Source of the DNA: an uncultured bacterium
GTDB taxonomy: Bacteria > Abyssobacteria > SURF-5
DNA length: 64,000 bases
Assembly: GCA_964607485.1 (NCBI GenBank)
Contig: CAZSKP010000005.1
Coordinates: 32,001 to 96,000 of the forward strand
Direction: 5' to 3'
The notes under the pieces are model-generated. The model was given only the letters and a program-made list of their open reading frames with translations, did no database searches and was not told the origin of the DNA. This document shows positions 1 to 10,097 of this stretch, piece after piece. The translations under genes were made by a program, and so were the position numbers. The number at the start of each line of letters is the position of its first letter. The first letter of the stretch is position 1.

Positions 1-2
1 TC

Positions 3-530
3 AAGAAGCTGATAGAGTATGATAAACAGACCGACCTTCTTCAAATAAAGCCATTGTACCAGAGGCTGGAGAAGGCGCTGAGCGACGCCGAGCGTGCCGG
101 TCAGCCGCTGTCGGTGCTCATGATGGACCTCGACGGTCTCAAGCAGATAAACGACAGACACGGTCACCTCGTGGGAACACACGTGATAGTCCAGATCGCG
201 CGGCTCATCGGCGAAGAACTCTCGCCGTTGGGGGTCGCGGCCATTTATGGCGGCGACGAGTTTCTGGGTTACCTTCCGAATACGAACAAGAAAGAGGCGC
301 TTGAAAAGGCGGAACACCTTCGCGGGCTCGTGGACGCTCTCGGCTTTCCCGAAAAGAAAGTGCGGGAGCGCGTGACGATCAGCATCGGCGTCGCCGAGTA
401 TCCGCTCGACGCCTCGGAGATGATGCCGCTCGTTGCCAACGCCGACAGAGCACTTTACACGGCAAAGGCGACGGGAAAGAATTGCGTCGTCGCCTACGAG
501 CCTTCCATGAGGGGAGATACAAAGGACTGA
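3..530 (+). CDS. Diguanylate cyclase (GGDEF domain), 5'-truncated by the window edge
   Basis: MMDLDGLKQINDRHGHLVG, intact YGGDEF, VTISIGVA, ADRALYTAK. The frame is open back to base 3. Confidence 0.92.
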   Translation, partial: KKLIEYDKQTDLLQIKPLYQRLEKALSDAERAGQPLSVLMMDLDGLKQINDRHGHLVGTHVIVQIARLIGEELSPLGVAAIYGGDEFLGYLPNTNKKEALEKAEHLRGLVDALGFPEKKVRERVTISIGVAEYPLDASEMMPLVANADRALYTAKATGKNCVVAYEPSMRGDTKD

Positions 531-562
531 GTTCGGCCCCATAGCACTGTCGGAGGAAAACG

Positions 563-1351
563 ATGGCGCCCCAGATCGAAGCGCTCATTGAGGAAGCCGC
601 CGAAATAATCGCATCGGCGAACAAGGTGGTCGTCTTCACCGGCGCTGGTGTGAGCACCGAGTCGGGCATTCCCGACTTCCGCAGCCCGGGCGGCATCTGG
701 ACGAAGTACCAGCCGATAATGTTTCAGGATTTCATGGCCAGCGAAGAGATGCGCCGCGAATCGTGGCGTCGCGGCAAGGAAACCTACCACCTCTTTGCCG
801 ACGTGGAGCCCAACCCGGCGCATTACGCGGTAGTCGAGCTGGAGCGCATGGGGAAGATCGACTGCGTCATTACTCAGAACATAGACAACCTCCACCAGAA
901 GGCGGGCAGCTCGCCCGAACTGGTCATAGAATTGCACGGCACCGCGATGTACGTCGTCTGCCTGAGCTGCGGAAAGAGGTGGCCCAGGGCGGAGATTCAG
1001 GAATGGCTCGAAGCCGGCGTCGAGATTCCTCTTTGCGACGAGTGCGGCGGAATCATGAAATCGGCGACGGTCTCGTTCGGCCAGCCGATGCCCGAAAAGG
1101 AGACGCTTGAGGCGCAGATGCGCTCTCAGCAGGCGGAGGTGTTTATCGTCGTCGGCTCGTCGCTGGTCGTGTATCCCGCCGCTCACATGCCACTATTGGC
1201 GAAACAGAGCGGAACGAAACTCATCATAATAAATCTCGGAGAGACGCCCCTCGACATCTATGCCGACGTGCTGATTCGGGGCAAGGCGGGAGAAATGATG
1301 AAACGTCTCGTCGAGCGTGTCAAGGCTAAGGCGCGCTCGCACGGCGTCTAG
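563..1351 (+). CDS. cobB: NAD-dependent protein deacylase, Sir2 family
   Basis: GAGVSTESGIPDFRS, TQNIDNLH, ELHG, two CxxC, GSSLVVYPAA. GGAGG RBS. Confidence 0.95.
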   Translation: MAPQIEALIEEAAEIIASANKVVVFTGAGVSTESGIPDFRSPGGIWTKYQPIMFQDFMASEEMRRESWRRGKETYHLFADVEPNPAHYAVVELERMGKIDCVITQNIDNLHQKAGSSPELVIELHGTAMYVVCLSCGKRWPRAEIQEWLEAGVEIPLCDECGGIMKSATVSFGQPMPEKETLEAQMRSQQAEVFIVVGSSLVVYPAAHMPLLAKQSGTKLIIINLGETPLDIYADVLIRGKAGEMMKRLVERVKAKARSHGV

Positions 1352-1420
1352 GCGACCCATCCGATGGCTCGCTCTTCTCCGGGCGTCGCCGATGGACATT
1401 CCGATAGGGAACCGCTCACC

Positions 1421-2449
1421 ATGCCGGACAGGCCTGAGAAAAGGTTGCTCATCGCTCTCGCTCTGCTGCTGGCGACCATCGTCATCGGCACCGTCATGTA
1501 CAAGCTACTCACCGCGAACCGGTACGACTGGTTGACCTGTTTTTACATGACGGTCATAACGCTCTCCACCGTCGGCTACGGCGAAGTAATCAACACGTCC
1601 CTTTTCCCGGGGGCCCGCTTGTTCACGAGCGTGCTCATACTGTTCGGGATGGGCATCCTGCTATACAGCGTGAGCACGGCCACGTCGATCATGGTGGAGA
1701 TGGACCTGCGGGACGTGTTCAAGAGGAGGAAAATGAACAAGGACATCAAGCAACTGCGCAGCCATTTTGTCGTGTGCGGAGCCGGAGCGACGGGCACGTG
1801 CATCGCACAAGAGCTGATGAAGACAGGCACAAAGTTTGTGGTCATCGACCGCGACCCCGAACGCCTCGAGGCGGCGTGCAAGCTCGGCGAGGTCTACTAT
1901 ATTCAGGGAGACGCCACCGATGACGAGGTGCTTGTCAAGGCGGGCATCGACCGCGCGTCGGGTCTGGCCGCCGCGCTCTCGACGGAAAAGGATAACCTAT
2001 TCCTCACGCTCACCGCGCGTCAGCTTAATCCCTCCATCCGCATCGTCGCGCGCGGGCTTGACGAGAGCGTGAACCGCAAGCTGCGCAAGGCGGGCGCCGA
2101 CGCGGTCGTGTCTCCGACGTTCATCGGCGGACTCCGCATGGCCTCGGAGATGATACGGCCGACGGTCGTCTCGTTTCTGGATACGATGCTGAGGGATACA
2201 TCGGGGACGATTCGTTTCGAGGAACTGCACATCACGCCCGGCTCGAAGTTCTTGAATCAGACCATCCAGGCCACGAAGATACGCGACGATTCGGATCTTC
2301 TCATTGTGGCATTGCGCAGGCCCGATTCGCCCAGCTTCACCTACAATCCTCCGGCCGATACCGTGCTCACCGACGGCATGAAGCTGGTGGTTCTCGGCGA
2401 GTCCAAGCGGATTCATGAGCTCAGGGAACTCTCCCGGAGCGGTGTCTGA
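1421..2449 (+). CDS. Potassium channel with TrkA-N/TrkA-C (RCK) domains
   Basis: Two TM helices around the TVGYG selectivity filter, then a CGAGATG Rossmann motif and GDAT. Alternative start at 1364. Confidence 0.92.
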   Translation: MPDRPEKRLLIALALLLATIVIGTVMYKLLTANRYDWLTCFYMTVITLSTVGYGEVINTSLFPGARLFTSVLILFGMGILLYSVSTATSIMVEMDLRDVFKRRKMNKDIKQLRSHFVVCGAGATGTCIAQELMKTGTKFVVIDRDPERLEAACKLGEVYYIQGDATDDEVLVKAGIDRASGLAAALSTEKDNLFLTLTARQLNPSIRIVARGLDESVNRKLRKAGADAVVSPTFIGGLRMASEMIRPTVVSFLDTMLRDTSGTIRFEELHITPGSKFLNQTIQATKIRDDSDLLIVALRRPDSPSFTYNPPADTVLTDGMKLVVLGESKRIHELRELSRSGV

Positions 2450-2495
2450 GGCCCGGCCGATGCGATTTTGCTCTGGGGGCAGGCGGTTTTGCGGA

Positions 2496-2527
2496 TTGTA
2501 GGGGCGCAGCATGCTGCGCCCTTACAA
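2496..2527. repeat. GTAG-type REP-like palindrome between convergent genes
   Basis: ttgtaggggcgcagca|tgctgcgcccttacaa: 16-bp arms with one mismatch. Confidence 0.75.
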
Positions 2528-2542
2528 GGGTTTGGCAGTTAC

Positions 2543-4990
2543 TCAGTGCTTGTTCGGCTTCGTCTCGCCGTCTCCGTAATATTCCTTCAGGCCCTTGGCG
2601 AGGGATTCGAGCCGGTCGGTGACGAGGCGGTTGAGGGTGCCTTTTGGATACTTGCCCGTCTTTGAGCGTCTGCCGCATTTCATTCCCGTGAGAAGCTCCA
2701 GCCCTTCCTCCACCGTCTTGACGGCGTATATGTGGAATTTGCGCTTGCGCACTGCATCGACGACCTCTCTGTTCAGCATGAGGTCGCCCACGTTGAGTTC
2801 CGGAATCAAAACTCCCTCGTCCCCCTTGAGCCCTTTGACCTTGGACACCTTGTAGAAGCCCTCGATCTTCTCGTTTACTCCGCCGATGGGCTGCACGTTG
2901 CCCTTCTGGTCGACCGAGCCCGTCACGGCGATGTTCTGTTTGATGGGGACGCCCGCGAGGCTGGATATCAGCGCGTAGAGCTCGGTCGAGGACGCGCTGT
3001 CGCCGTCGACCTCTCCATAGGACTGCTCGAAGCATATGCTCGCGCTGAGCGTGAGCGGCTTGTCCTGCGCGTATTTAGACCGCAGGTATCCGCTCATGAT
3101 GAGCACTCCTTTGTCGTGTGTGCTCCCGCTGAGCTTGGATTCGCGTTCTATGCTCACGATGCCCGCACGGCCCATTGACGTTTCGGCCGTTATGCGGACA
3201 GGCTTGCCGAACACGTGGTCGCCCGTGTGGTAAACCGCCAGGCCGTTGACCTGTCCCACCCTATTCCCCGCTGTTTCTATCCGAATGCGGCCATCGTCGA
3301 TGAACTCCTTTATCAGCAGCTCGAGCTGGTTGACGCGTTCGATGCGGTCATCTATGGCCTGCTCCACCTGCTTTGCGGACACGCATCTGACGCCCTCTTT
3401 CGCGGCGAGATAGCTTGCCTCTCGGACGACATCGGCCACCTCGCTGAAGCGGGTGGTCATCTTCTTCTGCCGGCCGGACTGTTCGACGCCGAATTCGACC
3501 AGAGACGCCATGCCCGTGGGGTCGAGGTGGAGGAGGCTCTCGCGATTGCACAGGCCGTTGACGAAGTTGACGTAGTCGCGGATGTGTTTGGGGGTTTTAT
3601 TCATGTCGGGTACGAAATCCGACTTTATCTTGAACACCTTCCGGAAGTCCTCGTCCATGGCGTACAGGAGCCTGTAGAGATAGTAGTCGCCGACCATCAC
3701 AACTTTGAGGTCGATCTGAATCGGCTCGGGCTTCATGCCGGACACGGTGAAGAAGGGGTAGAATCCGCCGCTCGGAATCTCGACGACCCTGCTGATGAGC
3801 GCCCTCTTCAACGTCTTCCACACATACGGCTCCGTGAGTGCGTCCATGGCGTTGAAGACGAGATAGCCGCCGTCGGCCCGGAGGATGGAGCCTGCCTTTA
3901 TCCTCATGTGGTTGGTCTCGGGTTCGCCCGTGCGCGAGAACGACGTTTCTATCGTACCGAAAAGATTATGGAAAGTGGGCGAGTTCTCGATGATGATGGG
4001 CACGCCCTTTGTCTCGGAGTTGTCCACTATGACGTTTACCTGATACTCGAGGAAGGGGTCCTCGATCCGGATTGCGGGAAGTCCCGGGGCCGGCGAGTAC
4101 TCGACCGGACCTCTCTTGAATCTTTCTACGTCGCCAATGACGCTTTCCTTCACCTGGTCCAAATAAGCGCAAACCGTCTTATCATCGTATTTCGTCTTCA
4201 GGGCCTCTATGAAACCGTCCACGACAAACAACGCGTAATCGCGGTCCAGTTTTTCCAGCTTCGTCCGAACCTCTTTCTCGATTACCGCCGTGGACTTCAT
4301 TTTCTCCTGCAACTCTTTTTCGTATTCGATGTATTTCTTCTTGAACTCCTCAAGGTTTACGTCCTTTATCTGGCCCGATTCGACCATTGCGACGTATTCA
4401 TCGACTTGGACCGGCTTGCCATCGACGATCGGCGCGATGCCCGCCTTCGTGAGCGTGCCCATTTTCATCTGGATCAGGGTGAGGCCTTCCTTCTGGAGTC
4501 TTTCTTGGAAGGGCTTGAATATTTCCTCTTCTTTGTCCCTTACCTTTGAGACGATTTCCTCGCGGCTCTCCTGGTAGCTGTCGCTCTCGAACGCCTTCGG
4601 GATGTTCGCCCCCAGCGAGGAGACGAGGTCTTCCATGTCCTTCTTGAATTCTTTGCCCTTTCCGGCCGGAAGCTCGATTTTGCAGGGCATGTCGGGTATC
4701 TTGAAGTTGTGCACGTAGCATTTATCGTTCGGGGGCGAGTTCGACACGTTCAACTTTTCCAGGATGAACCTCACGGTGGTCATCTTGCCCGTGCCGCTCA
4801 GGCCGGCCACGTACACATTGAAACCGGGACTGGATATGGAGAGGCCGGTTTCCATCGCCTTCAGCGCCTTCTCCTGGCCGACTATCTCCGGCTTTTCCTT
4901 GTGCTCGGCGGTCGTCTTGAACTGGAAGGTGCCGGGGTCACATCGCCACCGGAGCTGCTCGGGCTTCAATTCCAAATTCTTCCTGGCCAT
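2543..4990 (-). CDS. Lon-family (LonB/LonC-like) protease
   Basis: Walker A GLSGTGKMT, coiled-coil insert, GQVNGLAV, catalytic Ser in GDSAS and Lys in GGVNEK. ATG at 4990 with GGAGG RBS. Confidence 0.92.
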   Translation of the reverse strand: MARKNLELKPEQLRWRCDPGTFQFKTTAEHKEKPEIVGQEKALKAMETGLSISSPGFNVYVAGLSGTGKMTTVRFILEKLNVSNSPPNDKCYVHNFKIPDMPCKIELPAGKGKEFKKDMEDLVSSLGANIPKAFESDSYQESREEIVSKVRDKEEEIFKPFQERLQKEGLTLIQMKMGTLTKAGIAPIVDGKPVQVDEYVAMVESGQIKDVNLEEFKKKYIEYEKELQEKMKSTAVIEKEVRTKLEKLDRDYALFVVDGFIEALKTKYDDKTVCAYLDQVKESVIGDVERFKRGPVEYSPAPGLPAIRIEDPFLEYQVNVIVDNSETKGVPIIIENSPTFHNLFGTIETSFSRTGEPETNHMRIKAGSILRADGGYLVFNAMDALTEPYVWKTLKRALISRVVEIPSGGFYPFFTVSGMKPEPIQIDLKVVMVGDYYLYRLLYAMDEDFRKVFKIKSDFVPDMNKTPKHIRDYVNFVNGLCNRESLLHLDPTGMASLVEFGVEQSGRQKKMTTRFSEVADVVREASYLAAKEGVRCVSAKQVEQAIDDRIERVNQLELLIKEFIDDGRIRIETAGNRVGQVNGLAVYHTGDHVFGKPVRITAETSMGRAGIVSIERESKLSGSTHDKGVLIMSGYLRSKYAQDKPLTLSASICFEQSYGEVDGDSASSTELYALISSLAGVPIKQNIAVTGSVDQKGNVQPIGGVNEKIEGFYKVSKVKGLKGDEGVLIPELNVGDLMLNREVVDAVRKRKFHIYAVKTVEEGLELLTGMKCGRRSKTGKYPKGTLNRLVTDRLESLAKGLKEYYGDGETKPNKH

Positions 4991-5169
4991 TTCTCGGACT
5001 TCCCTCCATAGATTTGTGCGAAGCGGGGAGAATTCCTGCGAACGGAATCCTCGGGTGGTTTCCCCCGCTCGTACTGTCGAAACAACGGGCGATATTTCAC
5101 TGGAAATCGGCGACTTCATTCTACTCAACCTCGCGAAGGCGAGTCAAGCCGGATGCCTGAAGGGCGTCT

Positions 5170-5198
5170 TTGACGCGGCCCCAGCCTTCTGGTAGAAT
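5170..5198 (+). promoter_or_regulatory. sigma70-type promoter
   Basis: TTGACG-17-TAGAAT with TG extended -10, upstream of the flavin oxidoreductase. Confidence 0.65.
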
Positions 5199-5252
5199 GA
5201 CGCCGGCTGTGTTGTTTCCGCATGAGCACGAACCCGGAGGACAAGCTGAAAA

Positions 5253-6380
5253 ATGATGGACGTTTTCGAACCGATAGAGATTAATGGCATGCGGCTTCCG
5301 AACCGCTTTGTTCGTTCCGCCACCTATGAGGGATTGGCCGCCGAGGACGGGCGAGTGACCGATGCGCTGCTCGCGTTGTACGGCGAACTCGCCCAAGGGG
5401 ACATCGGCCTGATCGTCGTGGGCTACGCCTATGTTCAGCCCAACGGAAAGGGCGCGCCGGGCATGCTGGGCATCTGGTCGGACGACCTCATCGAGGGACT
5501 CAGGCAGTTGACACATGCTGCCCACGAGCACGGCGCGAAGATAGCGTCGCAGATCGTCCACTGCGGCCGCCAGACATTCCCCGCGCTCATCGACGGCCCG
5601 CCGGTTGCTCCCTCGGCCGTGCCCACGCGCAAGTTCGGCGCCACGCCTCGCGAGCTTACGCCCTCCGACATCGAGGAGATCGTCGAGGACTTTGGCAGGG
5701 CGGCCTCGAGGGCAAAGACGGCCGGATTCGACGCGGTGCAGATTCACTGCGCGCACGGCTACCTGCTGAATCAGTTTCTCGCCAGAAACTCGAACAGGCG
5801 GATCGACGAATACGGAGGCGGAATCGAGGGCCGCGCAAGGGCGCTGTTCGAGGTGTATTCTCGGATACGCGAGGCCGTCGGTAACGACTATCCGGTGCTC
5901 ATCAAGTTGAACTGCGCCGACTTCGTCGAAGACGGACTCGAGCTTGAAGACTCCCTCTGGGTCGCGCGGAAGCTGGCTGAAATGGGAATCGACGCCATCG
6001 AGGTGAGCGGCGGCGTGTGGGACACGGTTGCCGACGAAGGCAAATCCATCCAGAAAGGGGTGCCACGCAGGCGGCCGGAGGGCTATTTCTTGAGCTACAT
6101 CGAGAAGTTCACGCAGTCGGTTGACGTGCCCGTCATCGCAGTGGGCGGGATACGCACGCTCGAGACCGCCCGAAAAATAGTGAATGAGGGCACGGCCGAT
6201 TTGGTCTCGATGTGCCGGCCGTTTATCCACGAGCCTCACCTGCTCAGGCGCTGGCGCGACGGCGACATCGCTTCCGCCCGATGCGTCTCGTGCAACCGCT
6301 GCCTCGCGCTGACGGCCGCCGAAGGTCTCAAGTGCTTCCGGAAAGAACGCCGGGAAAAAGCCGCCAACCGCCCAGCCTGA
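5253..6380 (+). CDS. NADH:flavin oxidoreductase (old yellow enzyme family)
   Basis: NRFVRSATYE, QIHCAHGYLLNQFL, DEYGG, VGGIR, C-terminal CVSCNRC. Confidence 0.93.
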   Translation: MMDVFEPIEINGMRLPNRFVRSATYEGLAAEDGRVTDALLALYGELAQGDIGLIVVGYAYVQPNGKGAPGMLGIWSDDLIEGLRQLTHAAHEHGAKIASQIVHCGRQTFPALIDGPPVAPSAVPTRKFGATPRELTPSDIEEIVEDFGRAASRAKTAGFDAVQIHCAHGYLLNQFLARNSNRRIDEYGGGIEGRARALFEVYSRIREAVGNDYPVLIKLNCADFVEDGLELEDSLWVARKLAEMGIDAIEVSGGVWDTVADEGKSIQKGVPRRRPEGYFLSYIEKFTQSVDVPVIAVGGIRTLETARKIVNEGTADLVSMCRPFIHEPHLLRRWRDGDIASARCVSCNRCLALTAAEGLKCFRKERREKAANRPA

Positions 6381-6415
6381 ATATTTCAGCTTGAAGGGCA
6401 TCTCTTCCAAAGTGC

Positions 6416-6444
6416 TTGACCGAGCGCGATTTATGTAGTAGAAT
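6416..6444 (+). promoter_or_regulatory. sigma70-type promoter
   Basis: TTGACC-17-TAGAAT upstream of the regulator at 6497. Confidence 0.55.
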
Positions 6445-6496
6445 GAGAAGCGAGAACAATGATCCTCGGTCGAAATGAAGGCGCAGGACTCAGGCA

Positions 6497-7843
6497 ATGA
6501 ACAGTGAAAATACCCGCATCCTGATCGTTGACGACGAACAGATTGTGCTCAAGTCGCTCTCGGATTGGTTCCGCGATGACGGCTATTTCGTCGGAACCGC
6601 CTCGACGGGCAAGGAGGCGCTTGCGAAGCTGACGGAGGGGGACTGGGACATCTTTTTGCTCGACGTCAAGATGCCCGGAATGAGCGGACTCGAGCTTCAG
6701 AAGAAAATCAAGGGAATAAGCCCCGACGGCATCATCATCATAATGACCGCCTATGCTTCCGTCGAGTCCGCCGTGGAGGCGTTGAAACAAGGGGCGTACG
6801 ACTACCTCACCAAGCCATTCGACCCCGAGCACCTGGGACATCTCATAAGAAACGCGATCGAGCGGAAGAACCTGGCGGCGGAAAATGTGAGGCTGAAGAA
6901 GAGCATCGACGAGTCCGTGCTGACCCATAACATAATCGGACAGAGCGAGGGCATCAAGAAGGTCGTCGAGGCGATCGAAACGGTTTCGGGAACCGAGACC
7001 TCCGTTCTCATCCGGGGAGAGAGCGGCACGGGTAAAGAGCTCGTGGCGAAGGCCATCCACGCCAATAGCCGCAGAAGATACATGCCCATGGTGATACTCA
7101 ACTGCGGCGCCCTGCCCGAGGGTATCCTGGAGAGCGAGCTTTTCGGACATGAGAAGGGAGCGTTCACGGGAGCGCAGTACAGGCGCAAGGGGAAGATTGA
7201 GCTTGCGGACGGCGGGACCCTTTTCCTCGACGAAATCGGCGAGATCAGTCAGAAGATGCAGGTCAACCTTCTGCGCGTTCTCGAAGAGAAGAAGATCAGG
7301 CGAATCGGAGGCGAAAGGGAGATTGAGGTCGATTTCAGGCTCATCGCCGCCACGAACAAGGACCTGGAGGCAAGCGTCGAATCGGGCGCGTTCCGCACCG
7401 ACCTGTACTACCGCCTTAACGTGTTCACCATCCAGATTCCGCCCCTTCGACAGCGCCGCTCCGACATCCCTTTGCTTGCGGACGATTTCCTGCGAAAATA
7501 CAGCCAAACGACGAACAAGCATATCGAAAACATCGGCCAGGACGCGCTCGACAAGATGATGAGTTACTCGTGGCCCGGAAACGTGCGTGAGCTGGAAAAC
7601 GCCATCGAACGCGCCGTGGTTGTATGCAAATCAGACACGATTCGGGCCGACCATCTTCCTTTCGGCTCGGCGCCGACGGCATACGATTTGTCCGGCAAGA
7701 CTCTCGAGGACATCGAAAGGGAACACATCCGCAACATACTCTCGGAGACCAATTGGAATATCTCGCAGGCTTCCCGTTTCTTGAATATCGACCGGGTAAC
7801 CCTTTACAGGAAAATCAAGAAATACAACCTTAAGAATCCATAG
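6497..7843 (+). CDS. Sigma54-dependent response regulator (NtrC family; REC-AAA+-Fis HTH)
   Basis: LIVDDE, DVKMP, GESGTGKE, GAFTGA, FLDEI, WPGNVREL, TLYRKIKKY. Confidence 0.96.
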   Translation: MNSENTRILIVDDEQIVLKSLSDWFRDDGYFVGTASTGKEALAKLTEGDWDIFLLDVKMPGMSGLELQKKIKGISPDGIIIIMTAYASVESAVEALKQGAYDYLTKPFDPEHLGHLIRNAIERKNLAAENVRLKKSIDESVLTHNIIGQSEGIKKVVEAIETVSGTETSVLIRGESGTGKELVAKAIHANSRRRYMPMVILNCGALPEGILESELFGHEKGAFTGAQYRRKGKIELADGGTLFLDEIGEISQKMQVNLLRVLEEKKIRRIGGEREIEVDFRLIAATNKDLEASVESGAFRTDLYYRLNVFTIQIPPLRQRRSDIPLLADDFLRKYSQTTNKHIENIGQDALDKMMSYSWPGNVRELENAIERAVVVCKSDTIRADHLPFGSAPTAYDLSGKTLEDIEREHIRNILSETNWNISQASRFLNIDRVTLYRKIKKYNLKNP

Positions 7844-7845
7844 AT

Positions 7846-8376
7846 TTGGCCGCGATTCTGATTTTTCCCGTCGGTGGAGCTGACGCCTCGATTATCGAGT
7901 TCCTCGCGCTTTCTCTCCGCGAGAACTTGGGCCTGTCCTGCAAGGTAAGCGACATCACCATCTCACTCGAAGGCACGTATGATGTCGTGAGAAAGCAGTA
8001 TTATTCCACCAAACTGCTCGAGAGGCTGCTCGCGCACCACGAGGACGACGAGACAAAACTGCTGGGAGTCGCCGACGTGGACCTTTTCATCCCGCCGCTC
8101 TCGTTCGTTTTCGGCGAAGCGCAGTTCGATAATCCGGCGTCCATCGTTTCCACCTACCGGCTTCGGCAGGAGTTCTACGGGCTGCCTGAAGACGCTCAGA
8201 TGCTGTATCTTCGATGTGAGAAAGAGGCGGTCCACGAACTCGGACACAGCTTCGGTCTCGTTCATTGCAGGGACTATCGCTGCGTCATGTACCTCTCCTA
8301 CTCCGTCGAGGATATCGACCTCAAGGCCAATTCGTTCTGCCGCAAATGTCATGAGACGCTTCACAGCCGGCTCTGA
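7846..8376 (+). CDS. Archaemetzincin-family Zn metalloprotease
   Basis: HELGHSFGLVHC-x4-CVMxxS, FVFGEA, terminal CxxC. TTG start 2 nt after the upstream stop. Confidence 0.9.
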   Translation: MAAILIFPVGGADASIIEFLALSLRENLGLSCKVSDITISLEGTYDVVRKQYYSTKLLERLLAHHEDDETKLLGVADVDLFIPPLSFVFGEAQFDNPASIVSTYRLRQEFYGLPEDAQMLYLRCEKEAVHELGHSFGLVHCRDYRCVMYLSYSVEDIDLKANSFCRKCHETLHSRL

Positions 8377-8437
8377 GATCGTCTCTCAGCCGCCTTTTGG
8401 ACACAATAATTTATATCACCATGCATGCACCCGGTTC

Positions 8438-8466
8438 TTGACATCACACAAGGGCTGTGCTAAAAT
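8438..8466 (+). promoter_or_regulatory. sigma70-type promoter
   Basis: TTGACA-17-TAAAAT with TG extended -10. Confidence 0.7.
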
Positions 8467-8513
8467 GCGCCAGACTGCGCGGTATTATGTGGCTCTTCTG
8501 AGGAGACTCCCCA

Positions 8514-9887
8514 TTGGCACGCCCCGTACTGATGGTTGTCGATGACGAGCGCAATGTGCTCGACACGTGTCGAGATATTTTCAAGGACATCTACGACGTC
8601 GTCCTCAAGCGGTCAGCCCCCGAAGCTCTCTCCCACATGGCGGAAAATCATGTCGACCTGATATTCCTCGACATCGTGATGCCCGACGTCAACGGCATGG
8701 AAATGCTCAATCAGGTGCGCATGATGGACGAGTCTCCGCCCGTTGTGATGGTAACGGCCACGCGTACCGTAAAATCCGCCGTGGCGGCCATGAAGCTGGG
8801 AGCGTTCGACTACATCACGAAACCTTTTGACATAGATGAACTCCGGATGGTGGCCGAGAAAGCTCTGGAGAATCGGACTCTCGTCAATGAAGTGCGTAAT
8901 CTTCGCTCTCAAATCGAGAAGAGGTACGGATTTGAGAATCTCGTGGGCGAAAGCAAGCCGATGCAGGAAATTTACCGGCAGGTCGAACAGCTTGCCAACA
9001 AGCGCACCACGCTGCTGTTGCTGGGGGAGAGCGGAACCGGAAAAGAACTGATAGCGCGGGCGATTCACTATCACAGAGACAGCACGCGCAAGGACGGGCC
9101 GTTCGTCGCGTTGGATTGCAACACACTGCCGGAATCGCTTTTCGAGAGCGAATTGTTCGGTCATGAGAAGGGTGCTTTCACCGGCGCCACCAAAAAGACC
9201 GGACGCTGCGAGCTTGCCGACAAAGGGACGCTGTTTCTGGACGAGATAGGGGAAATTCCGACCGCCGTTCAGGTCAAGCTGCTGCGTTTCTTGCAGGAAT
9301 ACGAATTCATGCGCGTCGGCGGAACTCAAAACATAAGGGTCGATGTGAGGATCATCGCGGCCACAAACCGCGACCTCGAAAAAGCCGTGAACGAGGGGAA
9401 ATTCCGGGAAGACCTGTACTATCGGGTAAATGTCGTGCCCATCCGGATACCTCCCCTGAGGGAGCGCAGCGAAGACGTTCCGCTGCTGATCGACCACTTC
9501 GTCAAACGCCTTTCGGTCGAGCTGGATACGTCTCCGAAAACGTTCGCCCCCGGAGCCGTCGACCTGCTCATGACGCACAGCTATCCCGGCAACGTCAGGG
9601 AGCTTCAGAACATTGTGGAAAGACTTCTCGTCCTCTCCAATAAAGATGTTATTGAGGCGGAAGACCTGCCCGAGTCGGTGCGGCTGTCGAAACACGATGT
9701 GGGCCAGTATTCCCAACGAATTTTCTCCGGCGAGCTGTCGCTCGAACAGGCCGAACGCCAGTTCCTCAGCGAGATCATCTCCGAGGCGCTGCGGCGGACC
9801 AATGGGGTGCAGACTCGCGCAGCCGAAACGCTCAAAACCAGCCGCCGAACCCTCAAGTATCAAATGGACAAATTAGGCCTTTCCTGA
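8514..9887 (+). CDS. Sigma54-dependent response regulator (NtrC family)
   Basis: VVDDE, DIVMP, GESGTGKE, GAFTGA, FREDLYYR, YPGNVREL, C-terminal HTH. Confidence 0.95.
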   Translation: MARPVLMVVDDERNVLDTCRDIFKDIYDVVLKRSAPEALSHMAENHVDLIFLDIVMPDVNGMEMLNQVRMMDESPPVVMVTATRTVKSAVAAMKLGAFDYITKPFDIDELRMVAEKALENRTLVNEVRNLRSQIEKRYGFENLVGESKPMQEIYRQVEQLANKRTTLLLLGESGTGKELIARAIHYHRDSTRKDGPFVALDCNTLPESLFESELFGHEKGAFTGATKKTGRCELADKGTLFLDEIGEIPTAVQVKLLRFLQEYEFMRVGGTQNIRVDVRIIAATNRDLEKAVNEGKFREDLYYRVNVVPIRIPPLRERSEDVPLLIDHFVKRLSVELDTSPKTFAPGAVDLLMTHSYPGNVRELQNIVERLLVLSNKDVIEAEDLPESVRLSKHDVGQYSQRIFSGELSLEQAERQFLSEIISEALRRTNGVQTRAAETLKTSRRTLKYQMDKLGLS

Positions 9888-10033
9888 GCTCGGTCGTTTT
9901 TGTGCATTCCCGTTCTTGAACGTGCGTGGCATGTTCACCCATGAGTAAGCCCTATGGTGGTCCCACCCTCGATTTTCCCTTATAGACCGCAACATGTGGT
10001 TGCACTCCATGCTTTACCTATAGATGAAGGTCT

Positions 10034-10049
10034 TGGCATCTTCTTTGCT
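10034..10049 (+). promoter_or_regulatory. sigma54 (-24/-12) promoter
   Basis: TGGCAT-CTTCT-TTGCT. GG (10035) and GC (10047) are at the exact consensus spacing, about 50 nt before the HDOD gene. Confidence 0.8.
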
Positions 10050-10097
10050 CAACCACGCTAAGCACTGAGAGGTGCCAAGGGCTCATTCCCGGAACCG

